A DNA stretch of 63,966 nucleotides, counting the filler, from Perkinsus chesapeaki ATCC PRA-425 (taxonomy: Eukaryota; Protista; Perkinsozoa): assembly GCA_013115145.1 (NCBI GenBank). It is 7 parts of 7 records of this genome, joined end to end, with 100 filler letters (N's around TTAATTAATTAA, not from the genome) between each part and the next. Parts side by side here need not be neighbours in the genome. Positions count along the whole stretch, not along the records: positions 1 to 30,330 come from JAAPAO010000437.1; positions 30,431 to 43,250 come from JAAPAO010000803.1; 5 more parts are not named here. The stretch is one strand, 5' to 3'. The notes under the pieces were generated by a model. It saw only the letters and a list, made by a program, of their open reading frames with translations, was not told the DNA's origin and did not search any database. The position numbers and the translations under genes are program-made. Shown here in pieces: positions 25,108-36,400 of the stretch (position 1 is the stretch's first letter; every line of letters starts with the position of its first letter).

Positions 25108-27677
25108 ATGGGACTTCTTTGCTCGAAAGACTTATTCAAATCATTTGCCGATTCGGAGGACTTCCCGGTAATAAATAAACATCACCGGGACTCGAACCCG
25201 GGCGATGCTAATAGCAAACCTGGACGCTTACCATTTGAGCTACACCTTAGATTGAAAATCGCCCACCAGAAGGGGAGGCGGCTGATATACGAGACTATTA
25301 CGTCCTCGGAGAAAAGATTGGGAGCGGGGCGTATGGCCAGGTAAGATGTGTTTGGAATGGATGTGAGTTCTAAAGATGTCTTGTAGGTAAGAAAATGCCA
25401 TTGTGTGGAGACTGGCGACCTTTATGCCGTGAAGATATTGGCAGTTGAAAGACCAGACAGAGATTACAATCAGGTGGGATCGAACCTGTGCGGGTTTCGG
25501 TGTACCGGGTATAGGTACGAGCGACGGTTGCCAACGAAGTGTACGTCCTTAGCAAACTGAACCATCCAAATGTCTGCAAGTAGCGTATGTTTGCCGTCTA
25601 TTAAGGGAATGCTTACCGACGTTTAGGCCTCGGGAGTTCTTTGAGGATGAATACTTCTATTATCAAGTCATGCAAATGTACGGTCCGCCAGTATTCACTG
25701 GGCTCAATGCCAAGTACTGATGCACGGAAGGCGACCTATCTTATATCTTGCATGCTTCGACGTTAGATTCGCGCCTACTATGCGGTATCGGGATGGCAGT
25801 GAGCCCCTGCTGGCTGTGAGGTTGCCGGAGTACCGCATCGCGGAGCTGGTGAGATCTGCATTGAAGGCCTGTGCTCATATTCACAGTCATAGGATAGTGT
25901 AAGAAGTATCTTTGGGTTGAGCATGCAAGATATGAAACATGTAAAATCCGTTCTCCTCTCAGTCATCGAGATATAAAGGGAGATAACTTTCTCTTTGCAA
26001 GTGATGATGTTGCCAGAGGAGAGCTTGTCATGGTTGACTTTGGCCTGGCCATTGAACGTAAGCCATTCTTCCCTGAACTATACAATACTCTTTCACAGCT
26101 GTCATAGTATCTCTGACTACGGGTCACCTTCTCCTTGGTAACTAGTATTACGAAGTCTTTTTTTGTATTTCGTAAGATTCTGTTTTTGCTTGCTGCTATG
26201 TGGTCAATAATGTATAGTTGAATGCCTGATCGATTATGAGTCATCATTACCGATTTATTGTATTCCTTCAGTCACGAGCGAGGAGCCCATCAGGCGAGCA
26301 TGTGGGACAGTGAGATGGGTAGCACCTGAAATGCTTCAAGGAGGATATAACAGTGGATCCGTTGATATCTGGGCCGTTGGTGTTTTAATGTAAGAAGTTG
26401 TTGAAGCACCCACCACTAATAATAGTACAACCTTATAATGCTGAGCCACCAATAACTTAATTAACGATTAAATCATATCCTTGTTTACCAATTGCAACGC
26501 TCTGTCTTCCCTGTCCTCGCGAACATGTGCTCTTTTATCATCCCTCTCACCTTCGATGAGGGCATCTTGCTCAACTTTACTAACTTGGCATGGGAGCCAT
26601 GATCCCGGTCTCGATTACTGCTATCATCGAGTATTCGCGCAAAATGTTGGACATTATGTTCAGCACCGTTGGAGGGATCACTTTCCCCTTCCAAGCTGTC
26701 CTGGTATCAATCATATGAATTTACCGTGTAAATGACACGGTAAATGTGGAATTAGTATCCTCGGCTTCATTTGCACTCATAGATTGATCGAGGCGTCTGA
26801 AGTTGAAATGTCCCACATCTCCTCTTCCTTGTTGTATTTTGCAGGTACATCCTCGTGTACGGTTGTTACCCCTATGATGGTAAAGTGGTCCATGAGGTCT
26901 TAGAGAAGATACTTTGCGTGAGTGTGGAGAAGGACAATGGCGTTGATGTCGATGCTGCTACTGTTTCAGTACGAACCCGCCTGGCAACCAGTACATTCGC
27001 AATGGGAACCAAGTATAGAAACGAGGAAGTGAGGATTGTGTATCGACCTATTATGTATCTTGCACGCTTGACCTTAGATTCATGCGAAGGTTGATGATGA
27101 AAGACCCTCGGAAGAGACTAACAGCGAAGCAAGCTTTGAGAGATAACTGGTAAGAAATGCGCCAAGAGATAATACGATTGCCGGGTTTGATCCTGGGTCT
27201 TACGCTTGACAAGGCACATGCTTAACTCCGCCGCCAAATTGCCTTGTTCATCAGGTTCATGGTAATAGGCAAGACCAAACCGCCAGAAGTCATAGTGGCT
27301 GATCGAGTCGCCAAGGCCGCCCAGAAGGAAGCTGCGAGGCTGAAAAAGGCGGAGCGAAGCACAACCGATGCAATCTCCCAAAGCCATCTGGAAAGGGAGC
27401 CGTCCCCGGCCAGCGAGTGAGTCATTCTGGACACATTGGTTGAGCATTTCCCGTCAGAGCTGAGTTTTCGATGGTTCCGGGCTCGTCGATAGCAGCCACG
27501 AGGGGTGACGCAGAATCGATAAGGGATGATGATATGAGTGTTGGCGGATCATTGCATGAATCCGAGGTTGGAAAAATGCAGGGTATGGGAGTCGAACCTG
27601 CGCTCTTCAGAGTCAACAAGAAGGCCATACTGAGGATGTTATTGAAGATGAAGCTGGGGAGGATGGTGTCCGAGTGA
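25108..27677 (+). CDS. Ser/Thr protein kinase, CAMK/CDPK-like, with N-terminal myristoylation/palmitoylation motif and no EF-hands seen
   Basis: MGLLCSK N-terminus. Spliced motifs: YVLGEKIGSGAYGQV, YAVK, LNHPNV, HRDIKGDNFL, VDFGLA, CGTVRWVAPEML, DIWAVGVLMYIL and DPRKRLTAKQAL. The stop is at 27633 or 27677 depending on a possible 28-nt intron at 27583-27610. Confidence 0.92.
25177..25249 (-). pseudogene. Decayed tRNA-like element, antisense within kinase intron 1 (25168-25250)
   Basis: The minus strand has an A-box-like TAGCTCAAATGG and a perfect T-arm CCGGG-TTCGAGT-CCCGG at tRNA-like spacing. The acceptor and anticodon stems do not pair. Confidence 0.75.
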
Positions 27678-27875
27678 GGCTGGTGCATTGTGATTCATCT
27701 GTTGAATAATAATAACGACTTGCTTACATTATGTATCGTCTGTATGCCTGAAATAGTAAAGAGTCTTGGAGTACCTGTTTCAAGGAATTACTCTCCTGCA
27801 CTCCTCATTCTCGAGGGCAAATACGATACAATATTTGATATAAAGTTCGCAACTTGAACGATCGGTTTCGGTGCC

Positions 27876-30110
27876 ATGTACAAAGCCTATCGCCATTCCT
27901 CATCGCGTTGTCTACTTGTGCGCATGCGTACAAGTTGCACAATTCTTAGGCGCCAGTCGAAGATACCAAGAAGCCCCTAGATGCCAAAGATCCTCCGCTT
28001 GCTTCGCCGAGAGGATTCCGCACCGCCTCACCTCAGGCGACTTCGAGCGATGCCCCTCTGGACCCGACAAGGTGGCTACGAGCATCGGTTCCATCCGGAA
28101 TGACGCGACATGGCAGGTTCATTTCGTTGCTGCCGAGCAACCATCAAAGGGAAGACAGAGAGGTGGAGAAGGAAGCGTCCGCGGCGGCGATGACACCGAG
28201 GGTGGACTGGGATAGCTTTTCTGACACCTCTAGCTGTGTTGCTAGGTGAAGAAGATCCTGAAAGACATTCGTGTGGAGCTGAGGAACGACTTGGATGTTG
28301 ATGATGGTCTAGATGTTTATGACGGAGATGAAGAAGGTGCGCTGGCCGGGGATCGAACCTGCGGCCTCGGACTCTTGGTTGTAGGAGCCTCCAAAGAAGA
28401 GGTGCCGCTGCCATCGTCTGTGGATTCGCCCAAGGGTGGCCCTCCGGCACCGTCCAGCGAATCATCGACGAAGCGACGACGATTGAAAAAGGTAGGATTT
28501 CATCGACGACAGAAATATCAGTCATCGATTCGCGATAGTAACATGATTGCAGTATATAGCACTGGTGCAAGGTTGAGACTGCTTCTGATGTTCAAGCGGC
28601 CCAAATGATAACTGTTTCTAATAACGTCCAGAAAATGATACGCTTTACTTTCGAACTTTCGCCGGCTGTCTAGATGTTCAGTCGAATAAGCTTTGCTCTG
28701 TGCAATTGGAATCCAAGCTACTGAGGATATTCTTCCGGCTGCGATAAAGTATCTTCTTACGTTAGGAGCAACTAAGACAAGATTCGAAGAACTTTGAGAC
28801 CAAAGCAGATAATCTTCTTGAAAAGCTGAGAGCTGAGTAAGCTGCGCGTCGCCGCTGAGCCGCGCTGGAATATTTTGCGATATCGCAGCAGCAATGACCT
28901 AATGGTTATCACCACCACTCAAGAAGAAGGCCATTTCTTTGAACATGATATTTCGATTAAGAGCGCATTTCCGCCTCCCTCGTGCGGTGGTCTGTCATTT
29001 TCTTGTTTCAGCCACGAGCATGGTGTACGGAGAGGTAACAGGATAGCAGGCTTCTCAGTGGAGAGGACGGCTCTCGCACCAGGTGGGTGCTGGAATGGCA
29101 ATAGGTTTGATGGTTTGCTCTGATCAGGTCCGAACAAGAACCCTCTCGGAGATAATCGTTTTATATCATCCCCACCGAATGCCAATATTACTAACAGCAC
29201 AAGCGAAATGAGCAATGAAAGGGCGAATGTAAGGCAGAGGATTTCAGACCTTCTCCCTTCAAGGCTTTTCGATTAGGTCTTGGCGTTCCGGTCTGTGTTA
29301 CCGAGAGGAGCCCTCAATTTCCAGACGATTGAGAGTGGACCTGTGAAGAGGGTGTCATTGGAAGGAATTGAGGAAAAGGTGAGAGAAATACTCTGGGCGG
29401 GACTTGAACCCGCAACCTTTGGATTAGAAGTCCAACGCTCTATCCGATTGAGCCACCAGAGCTGATGATTATTTCGTATTGTTAGATCTTCTCTCAATTT
29501 CAGGACGGTTCCCATGACAGCCGAAGAAGCTCTAAAGCATCATGTAAGTTCAGAATGTTCACACGACCTCATCGATTCATTCTGGGACGCTTCGAGATGA
29601 TCCTAATCGAGCAGGGCCCTGCTCTTCGACAATTAATATCATCCAACCATCTGTCATCATTATGATGGTCGTGCTGCTGCTATCAGTTTGTATCTGTCGG
29701 AGAGGATCTACCACTTATATTGTTACTATTTGTTACTTATTATTACAATCTACCTCCACCCATTTCGGAAATGGGGCTGTCTCACACTTGTCGTCGTCTT
29801 GTTGCATAAGCTTTCCAGTTGACGGTTTTTGAAGCCGTAGTAGGATTGGTAGCCTCTTAAGGAAGTCATTTACAAAATCTGTCGCCAGCTTGATCAATTT
29901 AGTTACCAAGAACCAGACATGGCACGCGCCCCTGGAGGAAAAGCAAAATAGAAGTAAGCCAAGAAGCTACCGCTCGCTGATGAAGTGATTTATTCGGTGT
30001 TTAGCGAAAGCCCGTCGAAGGAAGAGTATATTGGAAGGCGAGGCAGCGAGTGCTGAGGAACCGGAATCGGAGCAAGCCTCGAGTCAACGGTAAGATACTC
30101 ACTGCGCACT
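27876..30110 (+). CDS. Hypothetical multi-exon low-complexity protein, 3' end probably cut by the contig end; hosts tRNA-Arg in an intron
   Basis: Open exons include PVEDTKKPLDAKDPP, VKKILKDIRVELRNDLD...DEEG|ASKEEVPLP, TIESGPVKRVSLEGIEEK|IFSQFQDGSHDSRRSSKAS and KARRRKSILEGEAASAEEPESEQ, bounded by GT-AG introns. Confidence 0.5.
28338..28372 (-). pseudogene. tRNA 3'-half remnant (tRNA-Gly-like), antisense in the 48-nt intron 28337-28384
   Basis: The minus strand reads GAGGCCGCAGGTTCGATCCCCGGCCAGCGCA-CC, with canonical spacing from the B-box to the discriminator position. Confidence 0.65.
29389..29462 (-). tRNA. trnR-UCU: tRNA-Arg(UCU), intronless, 74 nt
   Basis: Full cloverleaf: GCTCTGG TG GCTC AATCGGATA GAGC G TTGGA CTTCTAA TCCAA AGGTT GCGGG TTCAAGT CCCGC CCAGAGT A, followed by a T-rich trailer. 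Confidence 0.97.
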
Positions 30111-30253
30111 CTGAAGAATTCAAGGATCCGTATCCCGTGTTTTTCTGCAATTTTTATCTGAGTTGTAAAAGTGAAGAGCTGTGAGTAGTGCTGATTGAAT
30201 TACACTGGTTAGTTAACAACCTTTAATAACCGAATATACCGTTCTGTTCTTTA

Positions 30254-30330
30254 CCATCTATCAGTTCTCTTCTATCGTTACAGTTCTTTCCCATCTATCA
30301 GTTCTCTTCTATCGTTACAGTTCTTTCCCA
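30254..30330. repeat. 37-bp tandem repeat running into the contig end
   Basis: CCATCTATCAGTTCTCTTCTATCGTTACAGTTCTTTC at 30254 and 30291. Confidence 0.85.
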
Positions 30331-30430
30331 NNNNNNNNNNNNNNNNNNNNNNNNNNNNNNNNNNNNNNNNNNNNTTAATTAATTAANNNNNNNNNNNNNN
30401 NNNNNNNNNNNNNNNNNNNNNNNNNNNNNN
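30331..30430. other. Artificial contig linker N44-TTAATTAATTAA-N44
   Basis: Six-frame stop spacer at 30375-30386. Confidence 0.99.
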
Positions 30431-30530
30431 TATCAAACTCCTTTCTATTATATCTCCTCCTCCGTATCACTAGTAGCATATTTCCTATCAAACTCCTTTC
30501 TATCACATCTCCTCCTCCGTTTAACTAGTA
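30431..30530. repeat. About 55-bp tandem duplication at the contig start
   Basis: TATCAAACTCCTTTCTAT.A.ATCTCCTCCTCCGT at 30431 and 30486. Confidence 0.8.
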
Positions 30531-32213
30531 ACCCCCGCCCTGCATCATTCCCTCACCTGTGTTTCCTCATCCTTTCTAACTCGTTCCCCTATCATATCCA
30601 ATTTCCTCAATAGTTTATCAATAGTTTCGACGGGATCGGTCCCAGCGGCCTCGATCTGAAAATTACCGATTCCCACTGCCTCTAGCACACATCAGTACAC
30701 GGGATGTATCCGAAACGAGGGGCAACAGTTTAAGAACTTATTTCCACTCAAATTTTCCCCCTCCCTCTCCGAATAACGATACACCTGTAGGAGCAGATCG
30801 ACTCCAAGCTCCTCCTCCCGGGAGGCGGAGCTGTCTCCTTCTCTAGGGGGGTAGAAAGGATCGCCAACTTTTACCAGAAAAAGGCATCCGAGGTTGACCC
30901 TTGCTCTAGGCACATCTTTCACTTCGGAGCCAGGCCGATTTTCGGCCCATTTTGAATACCAAATTTACGTTGTAAGATTAGATGTAACCCTATCAGTTTT
31001 AAGCTACTTATTACTGATCTAACTGAAGTATAGGATTCCTCGCCGATTGGACGGTGCGGGTCGTTGGGAAGGTCAATGGGTTAGGTTCAGGTAGCTCACC
31101 TTTCCATTTGATATAAAATTCTGGACAAGTAACAGCTCGCGCTCAATGTCCTTTCGATCAGAACGAAACGTAGATATGAGCACCTCCAGTGGTAACTAAG
31201 GTATCCAAAGGTTGAGCGTGCAAGATACCCAAGAGGTCGATTTGAGTACCCTAAAAAGTCCTCCGGTACTGATCACCTTCCTATTTTCGGGATTACTATC
31301 GCTCATACGCAATGACAATGAAGTAGCTTGGGCTTATTATTATAACTAGCTCAACTCTCTGTTATTAAGGAAACCTCAAGTCGGCGAAACGCCTACATTG
31401 TCACCGTGGAAATAAGGAGAGAATCAAGAAGGGCGAGGGCCAGTGCCGGACGCGAATGCCCCTATGCCGAACACCTCGTAAGGTGTTGAAGGAGATGAAC
31501 TTGTGCGAAATTTCAAGTCGATCCAAACATCAGAGATATATCAACGTGTCGGCGATGAGATTCCATCTGTCAACTGAGGAAGACTAACCCCCGTTCGCAC
31601 GCCATACCCGAGGGAAAATACTCCCCCCCCGGCATGTGGTGAATTGACCATTCAGTAGGGCTGTGTGGGATGTAGGAGTCCTTGGAAGGGCACCCGAAGA
31701 TTAATGTATGAGGGCATAGCTTTGCAACTATCCGCCAATACTGCGGCCAGTGGTCCATACGTATGCGTGCTAGGGTACAAATGTATGGGCAGCGTCTATG
31801 AGCTGATTAAGTGGTGGAATCGCTTTTACACAACACTGTTATTCCGCAACCCCCACGGCCGTGTAACAGCCGTCCGATAGACCTTTCTCAACGACTTGTC
31901 AGCCTATGGTTGGTCGATGCCCTTGAATCCACGGGGTAGCACCAAGTCTCCCAGGAGATAGAAAGCTATCTCATCGGCATGGCATCACAGGGTTTCTACA
32001 AGCGATGCAATTGGCCTTTTCCACAGGCAGTTTTTTCCACTACAAGTTTTCAACGAGAATAGCATCTTCAATGTGGATAGTGAAGCTTCTGGAACATAGG
32101 ACTACCAGCTTCAATTTACCGCTTGAGATAGATCTCCAATGGGCCTCGTTAATAAGGACGCGATAGCTGTATCATGTGTTGCTCGTTATTAAGGACCGTT
32201 TCAATTGGAAAAA

Positions 32214-33026
32214 ATGAGTATCGTGGTAGCCGCCAGAGCACGTCCAGAATGTACAGCTGAGTCCCATACGAAACCCACTCCACTAACCAGAAGATTGAGA
32301 GAGCTTTTGCTGGACAATCTTTTGTTCGATGTGCCCGACTCGGGTAGCCCGAGTCCGCCGAACGCTTCGAATCCTGCCCGAGTCCACAATGATGGTGCAT
32401 CGGCTATGCCCGTCCTTGCCAACAGAGCTCGTCTAAAGATTCCAACTTCCAATTACGCACCCAATGTTCATTAAACCAATTCTGAGATTCAGAATCGATT
32501 CCAGCATCGCATTTTACGTGTTAAAAGCAGTTCTGGAATCGATTCTGAATTTCAAAATCGGTTTGTTGAACGATCCCGCAATGCATATCGATTATCTGGG
32601 CGCACGCTTTCTTTATTAATGCAACGTGACGCGTCTACTGCGTTACGTTACGTTAGTTTTTACAGATTTTCCGGTACAGACTTTATGGACTCTACCGAGC
32701 ATAGACGTTTCGATGATGAGGAGGAGCTTCTACGTTATTTCAGTCGTACGGCCGAGGCGTATTTTGCGCACTGTGAAGATTTTTTGTTCTCAGTGAACCC
32801 CACTGGCCGCGCACCCTCTTCCAACACCGAAGATAGCGGCACAGTACTGACCGAACTTGTCGGTTTTCATCATTACTTCATTCAGAGCAAAAGTCAGCAA
32901 GCTTCGAGCAAGCAGGCTGGTAGTTTAAAGGGGGGTGAGGAATCTTGTCTGAAGACGATTCCGTGCCCGAAGGCCGCCAATCCAGAGCACCAGGACATGT
33001 TGGAATCGGTACATGTTAGTATATAG
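32214..33026 (+). CDS. Hypothetical protein (two open segments separated by a fold-back element)
   Basis: ORFs 32205-32474 and 32619-33026 have protein-like composition. Splicing was not resolved. Confidence 0.4.
32466..32572. repeat. Fold-back/MITE-like inverted repeat
   Basis: Arms 32473-32504 and 32533-32564 match at 29 of 32 positions, with a 28-nt spacer. No clear TSD. Confidence 0.75.
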
Positions 33027-33110
33027 TATTTAATTAATATATGGTTATAGATATGGCCTCTGGTTATGGAGGGAGTGGATGAGAAAATGCAGCATATGGA
33101 GAGGGTAATC

Positions 33111-33343
33111 AGGTTAACCTCTCAAATATCTTTTGAAGGTTAACCACTAAAATATCTTTTGAAGGTTAACCTCTAAAATATCTTTTGAAGGTTAACCTCT
33201 TAAATATCTTTTGAAGGTTAACCTCTTAAATATCTTTTGAAGGTTAACGTATCTTCTGAAGGTTAACGTATCTTTTGAAGCTCAACGTATCTTTTGAAGG
33301 TTTACGTATCTTTTGAAGGTTTACGTATCTTTTAAAGGTTAAC
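33111..33343. repeat. Two-period minisatellite: 5 x 26 bp followed by 5 x 19 bp
   Basis: AGGTTAACCTCT.AAATATCTTTTGA at 33111-33240, then AGGTTAACGTATCTTTTGA at 33241-33335. Confidence 0.93.
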
Positions 33344-33455
33344 TTGAATTTCCAATTGAGTCTCAGCAAAACGCATTTGGATCGAAAGATTCCTTTGAGG
33401 TCGACTCGTATACTCCCTTTCCTTGTAGGCATTGATCAAAAGGCATAACATCAAG

Positions 33456-36400
33456 ATGATGAATGAGATGCAGGAGGTTGTACGGCAAATATCAGCGGCG
33501 AAAACTAGGAATGAAGAGGTGCGGGGATGGATCGAACTCGGGACCTTTTGGTTTCGTAGATTTGGACTTTGCCAGGTCCTACTCGCCTATAACGCCTGCC
33601 TTGGAGAGCTTGCTCGAGCTCTGACCGACCTATCGGAGAAACAGGAAAGCTCTAAAGACAATGAGGAGCTTAAAAGGCACATTAATCAATTGAGGCAGCA
33701 CTTGAATATGAGGTGGGATAGGTCCCGGGTTCGATCCTCAGTAACGGAATCTCTGTAGATGTGGCCAGACCACTGAGCAAGTGGCTCAATTGAAGCAGTC
33801 TGTAATAATTACTCTCCAGCGTGAGAGGGCCGATATGCAACAAAGGTAATTCACCGCGTCGCTCCGCCGCTGCCGTCGGTGGTGGTATATTCCGTTTGTA
33901 GGGTGTCGCAACTTATCCGCAACGATTTGGCTATTGTGATTCAGCAATGCGATCGTCGCTTGAAAGAGGAGCATTCACAAGTGGGCTATCTGGGGTGTCG
34001 AGAGATATCTTGTAGTCCTCTAATTTCAGGTACTCGCTCTTAAGAAAGTCTTAAAGCAGCTTTGTAGTTCGATAAGTGGCGCTGAAGGTCTAACTAATGA
34101 GGTGATAATAAAGCACCGCCTGGGGATCGAACCTGTGCCATCTTCAGCTTCCAGACGATGAGGGTCCAACATCTTCTACTTTGGAAGCTTCCAAGTTGCT
34201 TGGGGACGCCTCGAGAATGATGACGGCGGCGTCGGCGTCCAATCAACAGCAGCAACAACAACCTCGCGCGCAACAGCAGCAACAACAAGTAGGCGATGCT
34301 GGGCAGACAGTCGGGAGATGTTTTTCGACCAGATGTCCGCGGTTAACTCCGGACCGCTCGGCGGTCGTCCGCAGACGCAGCAGCAAAGCACGATGCCTGC
34401 CGCTTCGAACGCTTCACCTGCTGGCTCGTCGGCCACAGGAGCGTCTATTCCGACCGGGCAATTCAATCACAATCAACCAGTGAGGCGCGCGACGCTCTTT
34501 GTCAGCTAAGTATGGTTTAGGGCAACTCGGCGGCGGCGGCGGCGCAACAGATGGCTTTGAGTAAGCGGATCGCAGAGCTTATCAAACGGCAAGGTAAGGG
34601 TAGTGGGCACCATTTTGGGAATGTCATCGGCGGTAACTCGGTCAATGCGAGGGGCGGCGCGTTTTACGGCATCACATGGCGCATATGTGGACATTTTCGG
34701 GAATGTGTTGGCTGGAGTGACGAGGCGTTCAGGGACTACTGGTGGCATGTATCTATAAGGTAGACAAGAGGGCTTTGGTGGTGTATCTGAAACGGCGCCT
34801 GGTGACTCTGGGGCACCCGGGTTCAACGCGCACCTTCTGATATGTCACTATTCTTAGTTGCATTCACCTGCGTGCAGTGGCGCAACTAGGGTCAAACATT
34901 TGAAAAACTTTCTTCAGGGCCCCGCCGGGCCGAAGGCCGGAAGGGGCCCCGGCCAGTGTCAGCAGTGTGAATCGGATGGGCCCCAATCGATGCCCGAACT
35001 TCAGGGTCCACGCACGGGAAATCAAGCTAGTTGCGGCCCCGCTTGCGTGGCACGAAATTATGATGTGCTACAATACATAGTTCGCCATCGTTATAGAAGA
35101 AATAATGATTAGCGGCTTATCTGTTGTTGTTTTCATCGTCTCACAATAACGATTCTCAGGCGGAAGCCTCTCGTCCCAACCGGCATTCGCCCAACTTCTG
35201 GGTCATCTGCCGCCACAACAACAGCAACAACTACAACAGCTATTACAACAGCAACAGAGATCATTCGTCCCTGGGAATCAATCAACTCAGCAGGTAGGTT
35301 AGCGCGCGATAGGCTCGACGGGGAATGTATAGCCAGACCTCGGCGGCGGCGGGCAGGACCATGAGTGCTGCGGCAGTTCAACAGCAGCAGCAGCAACGCG
35401 CTATGGGTGAGAATACCTCTGGTGGAGTAACGGAGCCATGATGTGGCAAGGTATGACTCTAGGGCAGCAAGCTTCGCAACAGCAGCAACAGCAGCAGCAA
35501 AGCACGGGCGTTTGCCCCTTGATGGGCACCTTTGGATGGTGCAAGTTTGGCGATAGTTGCCAGTAGGAGGGATATTCATGAGGCGATTGGAATTGAGCGG
35601 CGTAGGTTTGTTCACACTACGACCAATCGAGAACCGCTTCGACATCTTCCGGGGAATATGACCGCTCAGCTGCAACAGCAACTTGCGCCACAGGTCAGTC
35701 AGCTAAATGAGAAAATCGATCATCTGATCGATTTGAGTCCAGGTCCTTTCGGGACAAATAACTACCTGCGCAGAGCTCATGAGGGCTATTGCCAACACCG
35801 GCGCAGCGAAGCAACTGCAACAGCAGCAAGGCGGTCAAGCTCAAAGGACGGCCCAACAGCAGCCCACTGCGAGCGTAGGCATGCAAAGTGGTTGGTGGGT
35901 AGCAGAAGCCTTGATTTAGGGCTCCGCTTCCTCCTTGTCGTCCTCATCAACAACAGCTCAACAGGATTTGATAGCCGCGCAGATAACTCATCAGCAGGAG
36001 GCTGCATCCATGGGGGCGGCGAAGGCGAAGAGTATCCCGTGCAAGTTTGACAGTTCGGGCCAGTAGGAATCGGGAATCGGCAGTAGAGATGATTCGCTCC
36101 CAATACCTGGGAAAATCTAGTACACGGGCCACCCCATCTCCCATAGCACAGAAAGATATCCTATGAAGCGTTCTAAGTCCGGCGGAGGGGCACAGTGGAG
36201 TTTTTGGTGGACCGAAGGAAAGGAGATTTTTTGTTGGGGCACCTGATGGTGGTGGAATACGGTGACTTTTAATAATCTGTTTGTAGAATCTGGATGGGTT
36301 CTTGATTTTATTACTATTGTAGTTCATAATAGAACATATACGTTATGGTAGTAAAATATTGTTAATAGGAATGTAACTCACTCGATCGATGTGGTCGGGA

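Noticed and set aside
29208-29211. ATGA stop/start overlap suggesting operon-like coupling
   Set aside because: An alternative open frame (…NITNSTSEMSNERAN) runs through this point, so it is more likely internal to a single gene.
30254-30530. Tandem duplications at contig ends (also 1-70 and 50378-50703) as functional elements
   Set aside because: They sit where the assembly breaks and are probably collapsed or truncated repeats. No function is inferable.
33111-33343. CRISPR-like regular repeats (also 44098-44455 and 51191-51390)
   Set aside because: Units are head-to-tail with no unique spacers, there are no cas genes, and the context is eukaryotic. These are minisatellites.
25177-34147. 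Split or permuted tRNA genes as the explanation for the tRNA 3'-half fragments
   Set aside because: No matching 5' halves or complementary leader/trailer sequences were seen next to the fragments, and T-stems are partly broken. Remnants are more parsimonious.
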